From a candidate division NPL-UPA2 bacterium Unc8 (GTDB lineage: Bacteria; NPL-UPA2), in contig NDHY01000001.1 of assembly GCA_003574845.1 (NCBI GenBank), positions 135,043-198,247 on the forward strand: DNA of 63,205 bases. Direction: 5' to 3'. A program made the translations under genes and the position numbers. The notes under the pieces are model-generated. The model searched no databases, was not told the DNA's origin, and worked only from the letters and a program-made list of their open reading frames with translations. Positions within the stretch are counted from its first letter, which is position 1. The number at the start of each line of letters is the position of its first letter. This document shows, in pieces, positions 46,469 through 57,603 of the stretch.

Positions 46469-48100
46469 ATGGCAGCTAAACAATTAATCTTTGGTGATGA
46501 AGCGCGGCGGGTAGTCTTGAAGGGTATTCAGCAATTAAGTAATGCCGTTAAAGAAACTTATGGTCCTAAGGGACGCAATGTTGCACTTGACAAAAAGTTT
46601 GGCTCTCCAACTATTACTAAGGATGGAGTAACCGTTGCAAAAGAAATAGAACTTGAAGACGCATATGAAAATATGGGTGCCCAGATGGTAAAAGAGGTGG
46701 CAGAGAAAACATCAAGTGTCGCCGGGGATGGAACAACCTGCGCTACCATTCTTGCTGAATCTATCTATAAAGAAGGCTTGAAAAACGTTACTGCTGGTGC
46801 TAATCCAATGGCAATAAAAAGAGGCATTGAAAAGGCGGTAAATAAAGTAGTAAGTGAGCTGAAGTCATTAAGTAAAGAAGTAAAAGGGAAAGAAGATATT
46901 TCTCATATAGCGACTATTGCTGCCAATAATGACCGCGCCATCGGTACCATTATCGCCGATGCGATGGAAAAGGTAGGAAAAGACGGCAGTATTACCGTAG
47001 AAGAGGGAAAGACACTTGAAACAACAATGGATTTGGTAGAAGGGATGCAGTTTGACCAGGGGTATCTCTCCCCGTACTTCATTACGAATATAGATACCCA
47101 GGAGGTTGTACTTGAAGACGTCTATATCCTTCTCCATGAAAAGAAGATAAGCAGTGTAAAGGATCTTCTCCCCGTATTAGAGCAAGTGGCAAAACTCGGA
47201 AGGCCATTCTTGATTATTGCCGAAGATGTGGAAGGAGAAGCATTAGCAACCTTGATAGTGAATAAGATAAGGGGCACTCTCTCCTGTGCAACAGTGAAGG
47301 CACCAGGGTTTGGCGACAGGCGCAAGGCTATGCTTGGAGACATAGCTGTCTTGACTGCAGGACAGGTAATCTCAGAAGACCTTGGGTTAAAGATAGAGAA
47401 TGTCAAGATTAATATGCTTGGTCAGGCAAAGAGAGTAAAAATCAACAAGGATGATACGACAATCATTGAGGGTGCCGGAGATAGTAAAGCAATAAAAGCT
47501 CACGCCAATCAGATTCGTAAACAGATTGATGATACTACATCAGACTATGACCGCGAGAAGTTAGAGGAGCGGCTGGCAAGACTTGCCGGTGGTGTAGCGG
47601 TGGTTAATGTTGGCGCAGCTACCGAGACTGAGATGAAAGAGAAAAAAGCTCGTGTAGAGGATGCTCTCCATGCTACCAGAGCAGCTGTTGAAGAAGGCAT
47701 TGTTCCTGGTGGAGGGGTGGCGCTACTGCGAACAATTTCTAAATTAGAAGGGCTCCCAGCTGAGGGCGATGAAAAAATCGGTGTGGAAATTATTCGCCGG
47801 ACATTAGAGGAGCCAGTCAGGCAGCTGGCGGCTAATGCCGGAAAAGAAGGTTCGGTAATCGTTCAACATCTCCTTCAAGAGAAAGTAAATATTGGTTACA
47901 ACGTAGAAACCGATAAGTATGAGGATATGCTGAAAGCAGGAGTGCTTGACCCCGTCAAGGTGGTGCGACTGGCACTGCAGAATGCCTCCAGTATTGCCAG
48001 CCTTCTTCTGACAACTGAAGCGCTGGTTACCGAGGTTCCCGAGAAGAGACAGCCCGCATATCAAATGCCAGGTGGAATGCCGCCAGGAGGTATGTACTAA
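46469..48100 (+). CDS. groEL: Chaperonin GroEL
   Basis: [25 protein letters not shown] tail. Confidence 0.98.
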   Translation: MAAKQLIFGDEARRVVLKGIQQLSNAVKETYGPKGRNVALDKKFGSPTITKDGVTVAKEIELEDAYENMGAQMVKEVAEKTSSVAGDGTTCATILAESIYKEGLKNVTAGANPMAIKRGIEKAVNKVVSELKSLSKEVKGKEDISHIATIAANNDRAIGTIIADAMEKVGKDGSITVEEGKTLETTMDLVEGMQFDQGYLSPYFITNIDTQEVVLEDVYILLHEKKISSVKDLLPVLEQVAKLGRPFLIIAEDVEGEALATLIVNKIRGTLSCATVKAPGFGDRRKAMLGDIAVLTAGQVISEDLGLKIENVKINMLGQAKRVKINKDDTTIIEGAGDSKAIKAHANQIRKQIDDTTSDYDREKLEERLARLAGGVAVVNVGAATETEMKEKKARVEDALHATRAAVEEGIVPGGGVALLRTISKLEGLPAEGDEKIGVEIIRRTLEEPVRQLAANAGKEGSVIVQHLLQEKVNIGYNVETDKYEDMLKAGVLDPVKVVRLALQNASSIASLLLTTEALVTEVPEKRQPAYQMPGGMPPGGMY

Positions 48101-48117
48101 GTACTAAACAAGGAAGT

Positions 48118-48156
48118 AAAAGGCAGGCCGCTTTCTCAAAAGCAGCCTGCCTTTTT
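48118..48156 (+). terminator. Intrinsic terminator after groEL
   Basis: aaaaggcaggc...gcctgccttttt. Confidence 0.7.
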
Positions 48157-48169
48157 AAGATTTAAGAAA

Positions 48170-48427
48170 ATGTCAAGAAAATGCGATCTGTGTGGGAAGA
48201 CTCCGTCAACAGGTTTCAATGTGAGCCATTCCCACCGCAAGACAAAAAGAAGATGGCTTCCTAATCTGCAGACAGTCAGAGCAATGGTCAATGGAGGAGT
48301 GAGGAGACTTCGTGTTTGCACTGCCTGCATACGTTCCGGTAAGATGGTGAAGCCCTCAGTAAAAACTAAGCAACAAGAAAACCCAGAAGATATAAAAGAG
48401 AACAATTCCCCACTCGCTCAGTCCTAA
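48170..48427 (+). CDS. rpmB: 50S ribosomal protein L28 (extended tail)
   Basis: [10 protein letters not shown]...[17 protein letters not shown]...VCTACIRS. Confidence 0.95.
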   Translation: MSRKCDLCGKTPSTGFNVSHSHRKTKRRWLPNLQTVRAMVNGGVRRLRVCTACIRSGKMVKPSVKTKQQENPEDIKENNSPLAQS

Positions 48428-49351
48428 TCTTAAAATTCCATTCCTGGGGCGGTAGACAAGGCCGAGTATTACCATGCCAATTCCCCAAATGACGAAAACC
48501 CCACTCATTGTATGAATTAATGCAGCTGACTGCAAAATGTCTCCGCGCTGATAGAAGATATCGGCAAGAAATACAATTGCAGAATTGAATGTAATACTGC
48601 CCATTATGTTGGCAGCAGCCATATCGTATAGGTACATCTTTACCGCAGCAAGGGAGATGACTAATTCTGGAAGGCTTGTCGTCACAGCAAGGAGGATGCT
48701 TCCTACAAAAGTGGCTCCAATCTCTACTTCTCCTATTGGAATCTTTGCAATTAAGTCAGCAGTTCTGGTTAAATATATTCCAGAGATGATGAGTATCACT
48801 GTAGTAATGAATGCGCCAGAATACACTCTCAGATGGGAAGTAGACTCATAAAGAGCCGCTTCATCTTGCGGTTTATTTTTCATTTCATGCTTAAAGATAA
48901 GATGCGTACCAACAAGATAAGTAAGCAGAATGAGTATGCTTACAGGTCCAATCCGCCATGCCTGAAAAAAATGCCCCAATCCGGGGGCAATAGCAATACC
49001 GATAAGTATCATTAAAGTAAGAAGGGCTCCAAATAAAGCAACGAGGATGTGTTCTTTGTGAAGCCTGTAAAAGAATGGCGCTCCGATCGCAAAGCTAAGA
49101 ACAGCAAAGATAAGTAAATTAAACATATTTGACCCCAAAAGCGTCCCGATGGCTAAGTCTGCATCTCCAATGTATCCTGAAGTAATTACAACAATAGCCT
49201 CCGGAAAGGAGCTAACCGTGGCGAGAAATGTTATCCCGATGACTATTCCTCCTGCTCCTGTCTTCTCGGCAATGATGTCCCCAAATTTTACTAACTTTAC
49301 ACCAGCAAATACCACGCATCCTGCCAGAGCAATAAATTGTAGCCAAACCAT
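48356..49351 (-). CDS. Sodium:calcium (CaCA/YrbG-like) antiporter
   Basis: Two alpha repeats: SSFPE...GSNMFN and TSLPE...GSITFN. Confidence 0.85.
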   Translation of the reverse strand: MVWLQFIALAGCVVFAGVKLVKFGDIIAEKTGAGGIVIGITFLATVSSFPEAIVVITSGYIGDADLAIGTLLGSNMFNLLIFAVLSFAIGAPFFYRLHKEHILVALFGALLTLMILIGIAIAPGLGHFFQAWRIGPVSILILLTYLVGTHLIFKHEMKNKPQDEAALYESTSHLRVYSGAFITTVILIISGIYLTRTADLIAKIPIGEVEIGATFVGSILLAVTTSLPELVISLAAVKMYLYDMAAANIMGSITFNSAIVFLADIFYQRGDILQSAALIHTMSGVFVIWGIGMVILGLVYRPRNGILRLGLSEWGIVLFYIFWVFLLLSFY

Positions 49352-49411
49352 AAGAAAAATTATATAATAAGGCTTCTCTTTCTGTCAATTTTCCTGAAAT
49401 GCAGGGAATAG

Positions 49412-50008
49412 ATGATGAAGTTAAATGAACTGTACAAAAAGATAGAAGATTGCCAGCAATGCTCTTTAGGGAAGACAAGAACAAAACTTGTCTTTGGAAC
49501 TGGTAGTGAGGAGGCAGAGGTGGTCTTCGTCGGAGAAGCACCCGGATATTATGAGGACCAAAAAGGTGAACCGTTTGTCGGTGAGGCAGGAAAACTTCTT
49601 ACCGAACTATTGGAAAAGATTGGAATCAAAAGGTCAGAGGTCTACATTGCAAATGTTCTTAAATGCCGCCCGCCAGGAAACAGGGACCCTGCTCCGGAGG
49701 AAGTGGAGATTTGCAAAGAGCATCTCCTTCAGCAGATTGAAGTTATCAAGCCGAAGGTGGTCTGTACATTAGGAAATTTTGCTACTCAGGTGATTCTTGG
49801 GAAAAAAGTTCCCATCTCCAGGGTGAGGGGAACACCAACCCTAACAAAAGAGTTTTTTGTGTTTCCGCTCTATCATCCGGCTGCTGTCCTTCATCAGAGG
49901 TGGATGCTGGAGCCACTTGAGGAAGATTTTCAAAAGTTAAGAGAGTTCCTGAATTCTCCAATATCAGTGCCACAATTGCAGAAGGCAGAGCAACTTGACT
50001 TATTTTAA
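49412..50008 (+). CDS. Uracil-DNA glycosylase family 4
   Basis: CQQCSL, VGEAPG, PFVG, KCRPPGNRDP, YHPAA. Confidence 0.93.
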   Translation: MMKLNELYKKIEDCQQCSLGKTRTKLVFGTGSEEAEVVFVGEAPGYYEDQKGEPFVGEAGKLLTELLEKIGIKRSEVYIANVLKCRPPGNRDPAPEEVEICKEHLLQQIEVIKPKVVCTLGNFATQVILGKKVPISRVRGTPTLTKEFFVFPLYHPAAVLHQRWMLEPLEEDFQKLREFLNSPISVPQLQKAEQLDLF

Positions 50009-50030
50009 TGACAAACAATCCTGAAAAGAT

Positions 50031-51275
50031 ATGCGTTTAATTATTTTTGAAGATGAAAAATGTGAGAATTTTTACCCGCTGACATTGCTGCGTCCGGTGT
50101 TTGAATTAAAATGCGGACACACAACACTCCTATCAAAGATTTTACGAGCATTTGAGAAGATGGAGACTGGATTTTTTATCCGTGACCATTTGGCTCCCAC
50201 CTTCAGAAAAAGAACCCCTTCAGGCATTATCAATGACAAAGAAATGCTCAACGGCGATGACTTGCTCATAGTCAATGGGAGATGGCTGATTACCGATGCT
50301 GTTCAATTAGGCACTGATGAAGTCGGTATATGCAATGGGAGTGTTACCTACCTCAGGATAAGCAAAGAAAAAGCATTAACGATTAAGGCAGAAGATTTTC
50401 CCTCCTTCCTCGCTATAGCGAGAGCGAAAGTCAGAGAAAAAAAAATCCCTGCCAGGCTCATTAACTACCCCTGGGAACTGATTAGATATAATAGGGAAGT
50501 AATGGAAAGTGAGTTTGCCTTTCTTAAAAAATCTGGCATGGAAGGGAAAGTTTCCTCTATGGTAGCTATTTACGGTTCAGAGAAAAACCTCTATGTTGCC
50601 ACAACAGCAGAGCTTCATCCCTTTGTTGTTATTGATACTACCAATGGCGCAGTTGTAATTGATGAGAAGGCGATAATATTGCCTTACTCACGGATAGAGG
50701 GACCTGCTTACATAGGAGAGGAAACACATATTCATTCCGGCAACATCTGCGGGGGAACCTCCATTGGGCCCTTTTGTCGTATCGGCGGGGAGGTGGAAGA
50801 CTCCATCATTCAAGGCTATACGAATAAATATCACAGTGGCTTTCTTGGTCACAGCTATCTCGGTGAGTGGGTCAACATCGGCGCTATAGCAACGACCAGC
50901 GATCTTAGGAACGACTATTCTGCGGTAAAAGTTTACATAAAGGGGAGTCTTATAGATACCGGTGAAATTAAGATGGGTTCTTTTATCGGAGACCATACAA
51001 AGACAAGTATTGGCACCCTTTTTAATACGGGGACGATGGTTGGTATTATGTCTAATATAATTAGTGATGGAGGACTTCTTCCCAGATTTATTCCCTCGTT
51101 CTGCCTTATTTTTAATGGAAAAGTGTCCAGAGGTCGCGGATTTAATGCACTGGTGGAGGCAGCCCGCCGGGTGATGAGTCGGCGCGGCAAGATATTAAGT
51201 GAGGAGGACGAAAATCTTCTAAAAGCGGCTTATGAGCTAACCGCGGAGGAACGGGGTTACTTGACAGAATTTTAG
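50031..51275 (+). CDS. GlmU-related putative sugar nucleotidyltransferase / left-handed beta-helix protein
   Basis: FYPLTLLRPVFELKCG, GGEVEDSII, NKYHSGFLGHSYLGEWVN. Confidence 0.8.
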   Translation: MRLIIFEDEKCENFYPLTLLRPVFELKCGHTTLLSKILRAFEKMETGFFIRDHLAPTFRKRTPSGIINDKEMLNGDDLLIVNGRWLITDAVQLGTDEVGICNGSVTYLRISKEKALTIKAEDFPSFLAIARAKVREKKIPARLINYPWELIRYNREVMESEFAFLKKSGMEGKVSSMVAIYGSEKNLYVATTAELHPFVVIDTTNGAVVIDEKAIILPYSRIEGPAYIGEETHIHSGNICGGTSIGPFCRIGGEVEDSIIQGYTNKYHSGFLGHSYLGEWVNIGAIATTSDLRNDYSAVKVYIKGSLIDTGEIKMGSFIGDHTKTSIGTLFNTGTMVGIMSNIISDGGLLPRFIPSFCLIFNGKVSRGRGFNALVEAARRVMSRRGKILSEEDENLLKAAYELTAEERGYLTEF

Positions 51276-51295
51276 AAGTGTAATATACTTCAAAG

Positions 51296-51390
51296 TATAA
51301 AATCAAAAGTCAAAATTACAATGCAAAATTCAAAATTTAAAGTTGATTTAAAAAACTTTTAACTTGCACTTTTGACTTTTAACTTGCACT
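51296..51390. repeat. Reverse copy of the AT-rich dispersed element
   Basis: tcaaaagtcaaaattacaatgcaaaattcaaaattt...aacttgcacttttg matches the reverse complement of about 30330-30415. Confidence 0.8.
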
Positions 51391-51415
51391 GGTGCCACTC
51401 AAAGAAAGGAGCGAG

Positions 51416-52099
51416 ATGGAGCGTCATTTTGACGAGGAATTAAATGTCTTAAGAAAGAACCTTGTGCATGCATCTTCACTTGCTGAAGAAGCGATTGCTA
51501 AAGCTATCAAGGCTTTAGTGGATAGAAATATTGAGCTGGCAGAGGAGGTAATTCATCAGGATGATGCCATTAATGAATTGGAAGTAGAGATAGACGAACA
51601 GTGCCTGAGGCTATTTGCTCTTCGGCAGCCCTTCGCCATTGATTTGAGATTCATCAGCTCAGCGATGAAGATTAATAGTCAATTGGAGCGCATTGGAGAT
51701 GAGGCGGTAAATATTGCTGAAAGGGCATTGGGTTTACTCAAAGAACCTCCCCTTAAGCCGTTGATTGACATCCCTCGCCTTGCCACCCTATCTAAGGAGA
51801 TGGTCAAAGACAGCATCAATAGCTTTATCAATAAGGATGCTGATTTAGCTCGCTCTGTCTGCAAACGTGATGACGAGGTGGATGATTTGAACAACCAAAT
51901 CTTCCGGGAGCTTCTCACCTATATGATGGAGGACCAGGGAACAATAAGCAGAGCCATCCGGCTTATCTTTACCGGTCGCCACCTGGAGCGCATTGCTGAC
52001 CACGCTACTAACATTGCTGAAGATGTCATTTATATGGTCTCGGGCAATGACATTCGTCATCACATGAATATGCGAAAGAAAGAAAAGGAAAGAAAATAG
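51416..52099 (+). CDS. phoU: Phosphate signalling protein PhoU
   Basis: RQPFAIDLR, LERIGD, DDEVD, LERIADHATNIAE. Confidence 0.95.
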   Translation: MERHFDEELNVLRKNLVHASSLAEEAIAKAIKALVDRNIELAEEVIHQDDAINELEVEIDEQCLRLFALRQPFAIDLRFISSAMKINSQLERIGDEAVNIAERALGLLKEPPLKPLIDIPRLATLSKEMVKDSINSFINKDADLARSVCKRDDEVDDLNNQIFRELLTYMMEDQGTISRAIRLIFTGRHLERIADHATNIAEDVIYMVSGNDIRHHMNMRKKEKERK

Positions 52100-52114
52100 G
52101 GTCAACTCTGTTTT

Positions 52115-52561
52115 CTACTTCTCAATCTGGATTCCGGCCTCACAAAGTAGCTCTTGTGCCATCTTATCAGGATAACCACTGGCAATTACAATGCGTTTTA
52201 TCCCGGAATTAATAATCATCTTGGCGCAAATGCTACAGGGTTGGTGCGTACAATAAAGGAAAGCGCTTCTGATACTTATTCCATAGAGCGCAGCTTGAAT
52301 AATTGCATTCTGCTCAGCATGCAGCCCGCGGCACAGCTCCTGACGCTCACCGCGTGGAATGCCCTCATTTTCTCTCTTGCAGCCAACTTCTGCGCAATGA
52401 GACAGTCCCTGCGGCGCCCCATTGTAGCCAGTAGCAAGCATTCTCTTCTCTATAACAATAGCTGCCCCTACCTGTCTGCGCAGACAGGTAGAACGGCTGG
52501 AGACAAGTCCGGCTATTTTAAGAAAATAATCGTCCCAGGAAGGGCGCGGGTCAACTTTCAT
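52115..52561 (-). CDS. dCMP deaminase family protein
   Basis: [35 protein letters not shown]. Confidence 0.93.
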   Translation of the reverse strand: MKVDPRPSWDDYFLKIAGLVSSRSTCLRRQVGAAIVIEKRMLATGYNGAPQGLSHCAEVGCKRENEGIPRGERQELCRGLHAEQNAIIQAALYGISIRSAFLYCTHQPCSICAKMIINSGIKRIVIASGYPDKMAQELLCEAGIQIEK

Positions 52562-53807
52562 AGATAGAAAAATTCCTACAGAGCCCTGCGACCTTTTTCT
52601 TTATTCTACTGAGCACTATTGCCTCATTAGAATTTCGCAGCGCCTCAGCAATCATCCGCCCAATCTCTCTCATCTCGTCCTCTTTCATTCCTCTTGTTGT
52701 CAGAGCAGGAGAGCCCAGGCGAATCCCATTGGTTATTACCGGTGGCTCCTCATCAAATGGAATGCTATTCTTGTTAACACCAATCCCTACCTGGCTCAGA
52801 ACTTCCTCTGCCTCACGGCCGGTTAACCCATCGGCTCTCAAATCAATGAGAAGAAGGTGGGTATCTGTACCTCCTGAGATAAGCTGCAATCCCTGTTTTT
52901 TGAGCTCTTCCGCCAGAGCATGAGCATTTTTAACTATCTGCTCCTGATAAGCCTTAAATTGAGAAGATGCCGCCTCCTTAAGGGCGACAGCCTTAGCAGC
53001 AATTATGTGCATAAGAGGACCACCCTGAATTCCAGGGAATATCATTTTATCAATATCTTTAGCAAACTCTCTTTTGCATAGAATCATTCCTCCACGCGGG
53101 CCGCGCAATGTCTTATGCGTCGTTGTAGTAACAAAATGCGCCGGTGAAACAGGGTCTGGGTGGAGCCCGGCAATGATAAGCCCTGCAATGTGAGCAACAT
53201 CAGCTAAAAGATATGCCCCTACCTCATCGGCTACTTCCCGAAAGGCGCTAAAATCAATCTTCCGCGGGTATGAACTCGAACCAGCAATAATCATCTTTGG
53301 CCTATGCTGTTGCGCCAGACTCTTCAGGCTGGTAAAATTAATCAAATGGGTGCCCCTGTCCACACCGTAGGAGATGGCATTGTACAGGCGCCCGGAGAAA
53401 CTTACGTGGCTCCCATGGGTTAGATGACCTCCATGAGCAAGGTCCATTCCCATAATTGTATCTCCATGTTTTAGCATGGCAAAATATACTGCCATATTTG
53501 CCTGAGAGCCCGAATGTGGTTGCACATTTGCATGCTCGGCGCCAAAGAGCTTCTTTGCTCTCTCTATAGCCAGGCGCTCGGCTGCATCAACATACTCACA
53601 GCCGCTGTAATACCTGCTCCCAGGGTAACCCTCAGCATACTTATTAGTAAGAGATGAGCCCTGAGCGAGGAGAACTGCCGAAGAAACATAGTTTTCAGAT
53701 GCAATGAGATTAAGTGTATTCTCCTCCCTCTTCATCTCCTGGCGGATGACCCTGGCAATTTCAGGGTCAACTCTTTCTAACTTTGACAAGTTTTTCAATC
53801 TCCTCAA
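52551..53807 (-). CDS. glyA: Serine hydroxymethyltransferase
   Basis: [29 protein letters not shown]. Confidence 0.98.
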   Translation of the reverse strand: MRRLKNLSKLERVDPEIARVIRQEMKREENTLNLIASENYVSSAVLLAQGSSLTNKYAEGYPGSRYYSGCEYVDAAERLAIERAKKLFGAEHANVQPHSGSQANMAVYFAMLKHGDTIMGMDLAHGGHLTHGSHVSFSGRLYNAISYGVDRGTHLINFTSLKSLAQQHRPKMIIAGSSSYPRKIDFSAFREVADEVGAYLLADVAHIAGLIIAGLHPDPVSPAHFVTTTTHKTLRGPRGGMILCKREFAKDIDKMIFPGIQGGPLMHIIAAKAVALKEAASSQFKAYQEQIVKNAHALAEELKKQGLQLISGGTDTHLLLIDLRADGLTGREAEEVLSQVGIGVNKNSIPFDEEPPVITNGIRLGSPALTTRGMKEDEMREIGRMIAEALRNSNEAIVLSRIKKKVAGLCRNFSIYES

Positions 53808-54225
53808 TTTTTTTAAGTCTCCTTATATGGCGACCGCCGGAAAATCTGGTTTCCAGCCAGACCTGTGTCATCTCTTCAATCTCAGCTTGCGTATGTGTCC
53901 ACCCGCTGAGACATAAGACATTAGCATCATTATGAGAGCGACTCGTCCGAGCAATGAATGGATTATGACAGGGAGCTGCCCTGACTCCAGGGACCTTGTT
54001 AGCGACAATTGCCATGCCAATCCCGCTGCCACAGAGGAGTATCCCTCTTTCAAACTTACCATTTGACACTGCCTGTGCTACAGGTAATGCATAGTCAGGA
54101 TAGTCAACTGAATCGGTGCTGGACACCCCAAAGTCTGTTGTATCGTACCCTAACCCATTCAAAAATAGCTTTAATTTCTCTTTGGCTTCAAAACCAGCGT
54201 GGTCAGATGCCAGAGCAATTTTCAT
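53767..54225 (-). CDS. rpiB: Ribose-5-phosphate isomerase B
   Basis: ASDHAG, VDYPD, CGSGIG, HNDANVL, GGRH. Confidence 0.96.
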   Translation of the reverse strand: MKIALASDHAGFEAKEKLKLFLNGLGYDTTDFGVSSTDSVDYPDYALPVAQAVSNGKFERGILLCGSGIGMAIVANKVPGVRAAPCHNPFIARTSRSHNDANVLCLSGWTHTQAEIEEMTQVWLETRFSGGRHIRRLKKIEEIEKLVKVRKS

Positions 54226-55979
54226 TTTAAATATTCATCCATCTTTCCAAGGAAACTGATTATAGATTCCTTGATTTCAGCAAAAGTTTCATAATAAACC
54301 GATAGTGGCTTTCCAATGGGGTCATAGATCTCAATTGAGGCGCCTTTCTCCCGGGAGGGACTAAACTCTTTAAGCAGAAATATCTTCTCATCTGCTTGTG
54401 GAGAAATGTTTAAAATAGATTTGCGGTGATGCCTTTCCATAATCAGAATTAAATCCGCCTCAGAAATCAATTCCCCAGTAAGAGGAGCAGAGCGATGATG
54501 AGAAACATCCACCCCCTCTTCCTTCATCATTATTACAAAGACCTCATCAAGGGCTTTCATTCCTACTATACCAAGAGTTCCTGCTGAAGTAACATTTATT
54601 TCATTTCTTCCCTTTTCATTAAGGAGCTTTCGCAAAAACGTCTCTGCCATCACACTGCGGCAGCTATTTCCTGTGCAGACAAAGAGGACTGTTTTAGTCA
54701 ATTTCTCTGTTTTTGAGATGTTGCCAGTGCCAATGTCCCGACGATAATACATTCCATCAAACTCTATTTTTTCTATCGCCTGATATGTCTTGCTAATAGC
54801 TTCACTCAAGGTATTACCGGTTCCAGTTACCCCCAGGACCCTTCCACCATCAGTAACTACCTTTTCATTATCAAACGCCGTCCCGGCATGAAAGACGATA
54901 ACCTCCTCGCTGCCACGAAGCGTATCCAGCCCCATGATTTCTTTTCCCTTCTCATAACTTCCAGGATACCCCTGAGAGGCAATAACCACGCAAACTGCTG
55001 ATTCATTCCTCCATTCAAGGCTAACTTTATGCAGGTCTCCATCAATAGAAGCAATAATCGGTTCCAGGATATCAGATCTTAATAGCGGCAACACTGCCTG
55101 CGTCTCCGGGTCTCCGAAGCGGGCATTAAATTCTAATACCTTTGGTCCGGCAGGAGTAATCATCAGCCCGGCATACAGTGCTCCTTTAAATTTTCTTCCC
55201 TCGGAAGCCATTGCAGATACAGCAGGAATAAACACTTCATTCATTACCCTTTCTTTCATCTCTTCCTCCACCTCCGATGCTGAAGCATGCGCACCCATTC
55301 CACCTGTATTTGGTCCTATGTCGCCGTCATAAGCCGCTTTATAATCCTGGGCAGTAATCATCGGTAGAACAGTTTCCCCATCAGTAAAGGCAATTAAAGA
55401 GGCTTCCTCTCCCTCAAGCCATTCCTCAATAATCACCTTCTCTCCCGCAGCGCCAAAAGCTTTTTTTACCATAATCAGTGCAATTGCCTCCTCAGCCTCG
55501 CCAGTCGTTGAACAGAGGATAACACCTTTTCCGGCGGCCAGTCCATCCGCCTTAACTACAAGGGGAGCATCTTGACCTTTAATGTAACGAAGAGCTTCCC
55601 GGGGATTATTAAAGATTTTACCCTGAGCTGTTGGGATATTGTATTTTTGCATTATCTCCCTGGCAAAGGACTTGCTTGACTCAATTTCTGCTGCTGCCAT
55701 GGTGGGCCCAAAAATTCTCAAATCCCTTTTCTCAAATTCATCTACAATGCCTGCAGCAAGAGCCGCCTCTGGACCAACAATAGTCAGTTCAATTTTTTTT
55801 TTAATTACAAGATTAATCAGTGATGAAACCTCAGTTATCTTAATATTTATACATTCGGCAATTGAAGATATTCCTGCATTCCCCGGAGCAGAATAAATCT
55901 TATTTACTCTTGGACTGGAGGCTATCTTCCAGGCAAGAGCATGCTCCCGCCCTCCACCACCAACTATCAATACTTTCAT
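54222..55979 (-). CDS. purD: PurD fused to a C-terminal low-molecular-weight (YwlE-like) phosphatase
   Basis: GGGGREHA...EFNARFGDPE...YYRRDIG, then VLFVCTGNSCRS...IYDPIG. Confidence 0.92.
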   Translation of the reverse strand: MKVLIVGGGGREHALAWKIASSPRVNKIYSAPGNAGISSIAECINIKITEVSSLINLVIKKKIELTIVGPEAALAAGIVDEFEKRDLRIFGPTMAAAEIESSKSFAREIMQKYNIPTAQGKIFNNPREALRYIKGQDAPLVVKADGLAAGKGVILCSTTGEAEEAIALIMVKKAFGAAGEKVIIEEWLEGEEASLIAFTDGETVLPMITAQDYKAAYDGDIGPNTGGMGAHASASEVEEEMKERVMNEVFIPAVSAMASEGRKFKGALYAGLMITPAGPKVLEFNARFGDPETQAVLPLLRSDILEPIIASIDGDLHKVSLEWRNESAVCVVIASQGYPGSYEKGKEIMGLDTLRGSEEVIVFHAGTAFDNEKVVTDGGRVLGVTGTGNTLSEAISKTYQAIEKIEFDGMYYRRDIGTGNISKTEKLTKTVLFVCTGNSCRSVMAETFLRKLLNEKGRNEINVTSAGTLGIVGMKALDEVFVIMMKEEGVDVSHHRSAPLTGELISEADLILIMERHHRKSILNISPQADEKIFLLKEFSPSREKGASIEIYDPIGKPLSVYYETFAEIKESIISFLGKMDEYLK

Positions 55980-56017
55980 TTAAATCCTCTTATGCGGATA
56001 GGCTGTAGGCTTCTGCC

Positions 56018-57583
56018 TCAATGTCTAAAGTGCCTCCTTCCAGTAAAGACCATTGCCACTCCATGTTTGTTGCAAGCAGTGATTATTTCAGTATCTCTCT
56101 GGGAGCCACCAGGCTGAATAATTGCCGTTGCCCCGGCGCGGGCAATCTCATCAATTCCATCACGATATGGAAAAAAAGCATCAGACGCCACCACCGTTCC
56201 CTTAAGCGGCGTTCTTGCCTTCATTACTGCAATCTTACAAGAGTCCACCCGACTCATCTGCCCCGCCCCAATACCTACCGTTGCCTCATCTGTGGTAAAC
56301 ACAATGGCATTAGATTTAATGTGCTTAACTACCCGCCAGGCAAAGAGAAGCGCTTTAAGCTCCTCCTTAGTAGGCTTTCTCTCTGTTACTGTCCTCATCT
56401 TCAGCGCTTCTTTTGATTGGTCAGCATCCTGAAGAAGAAGTCCACCTCCCACCTTCTTGAAATCAAACTCAGTTGGCAGCGGTCGGCTGTTCCGCTTGAC
56501 TTCACCAACCGTCAATAGCCTTATAGCTTCTTTCCTCTTTAATATTTTCAGAGCCTCATCATCAAAGCCTGGAGCAATGAGCACCTCAATAAAGGTTTTG
56601 TTTACTTCTTCAGCAAAGCTTCGGTCAATTTTCCTATTCACCCCCACTACGGCTCCAAAAGCAGATACCGGGTCGCACTCCCTTGCCCTGTTATATGCTT
56701 CAAGAAGTGTTCTCCCGCAGGCAATCCCGCAGGGGTTATTGTGTTTAATAATGACAACGCAAATCTCTTCAAAATCTCTGACTGCCTTCAAGGCAGCATC
56801 TAAATCAAGAATGTTATTGTAAGATAGTTCTTTGCCGTGTAACTTTTTTGCCTGGGCAAGAGTTTCCATGCCAGCATCAAATTCTTTATAAAAAGCAGCC
56901 TGCTGGTGGGGATTTTCGCCATACCTCAAGCTCTGAATTTTTTGAAAAGCAAGGGTTAGCCTCTCAGGGAAAGGGCTGAGAGCTGAAGGCTGAAGGCTGA
57001 GAGCTGACTTCAGATAATTACTAATTGCCGCATCGTATTGGGCAGTCCTCAAAAACACCTTGAGGGCAAGAGCACCTCTCCTCTCCATAGAGATTTTACC
57101 ATTATGCTTTATCTCTTTCAGGATTGGCTGATAATCTTCAGGGTCAGTTATCACCACAACATCCTGATAATTCTTGGCGGCAGAGCGGAGCATGCTCGGT
57201 CCCCCGATATCTATGTTCTCCAATATCTCCTCTATGCTCACACCTTCTTTTCTTGCTACCTCTTCAAATGGATAAAGATTAACGACCACCAGGTCAATGA
57301 GCTCTATCTCATTCTGCACAATTTGCTTCATATGAGACTTTTTTTTACGGCGCGCAAGGAGAGCACCATGAATTTTAGGATGCAGAGTCTTTACTCGTCC
57401 ATCAAGTATCTCCGGACAGCCTGTGTAATCAGATACTAAACGCACCGGGATTCCTGCCTCACCAATCAGAGTTGCCGTCCCTCCGGTGGATAGAATTTCC
57501 ACCCCCATCTCATGTAACCCACGAGCAAATTCAACAATTCCCTTTTTATCTGAAACGCTAATCAGCGCTCTCTTTATCTGCAT
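56018..57583 (-). CDS. purH: Bifunctional AICAR transformylase / IMP cyclohydrolase
   Basis: RALISVSDK, GRVKTLHP, RYGENPHQ, SDAFFP, RHFRH. Confidence 0.97.
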   Translation of the reverse strand: MQIKRALISVSDKKGIVEFARGLHEMGVEILSTGGTATLIGEAGIPVRLVSDYTGCPEILDGRVKTLHPKIHGALLARRKKKSHMKQIVQNEIELIDLVVVNLYPFEEVARKEGVSIEEILENIDIGGPSMLRSAAKNYQDVVVITDPEDYQPILKEIKHNGKISMERRGALALKVFLRTAQYDAAISNYLKSALSLQPSALSPFPERLTLAFQKIQSLRYGENPHQQAAFYKEFDAGMETLAQAKKLHGKELSYNNILDLDAALKAVRDFEEICVVIIKHNNPCGIACGRTLLEAYNRARECDPVSAFGAVVGVNRKIDRSFAEEVNKTFIEVLIAPGFDDEALKILKRKEAIRLLTVGEVKRNSRPLPTEFDFKKVGGGLLLQDADQSKEALKMRTVTERKPTKEELKALLFAWRVVKHIKSNAIVFTTDEATVGIGAGQMSRVDSCKIAVMKARTPLKGTVVASDAFFPYRDGIDEIARAGATAIIQPGGSQRDTEIITACNKHGVAMVFTGRRHFRH

Positions 57584-57603
57584 GTTTATAAGCTGTCTCG
57601 CCT

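Noticed and set aside
52468-52491. Perfect 24-bp palindrome ctacctgtctgcgcagacaggtag resembling the CCTG micro-element
   Set aside because: It encodes the conserved STCLRRQVG motif of dCMP deaminases with no extra residues, so it is probably native coding sequence.
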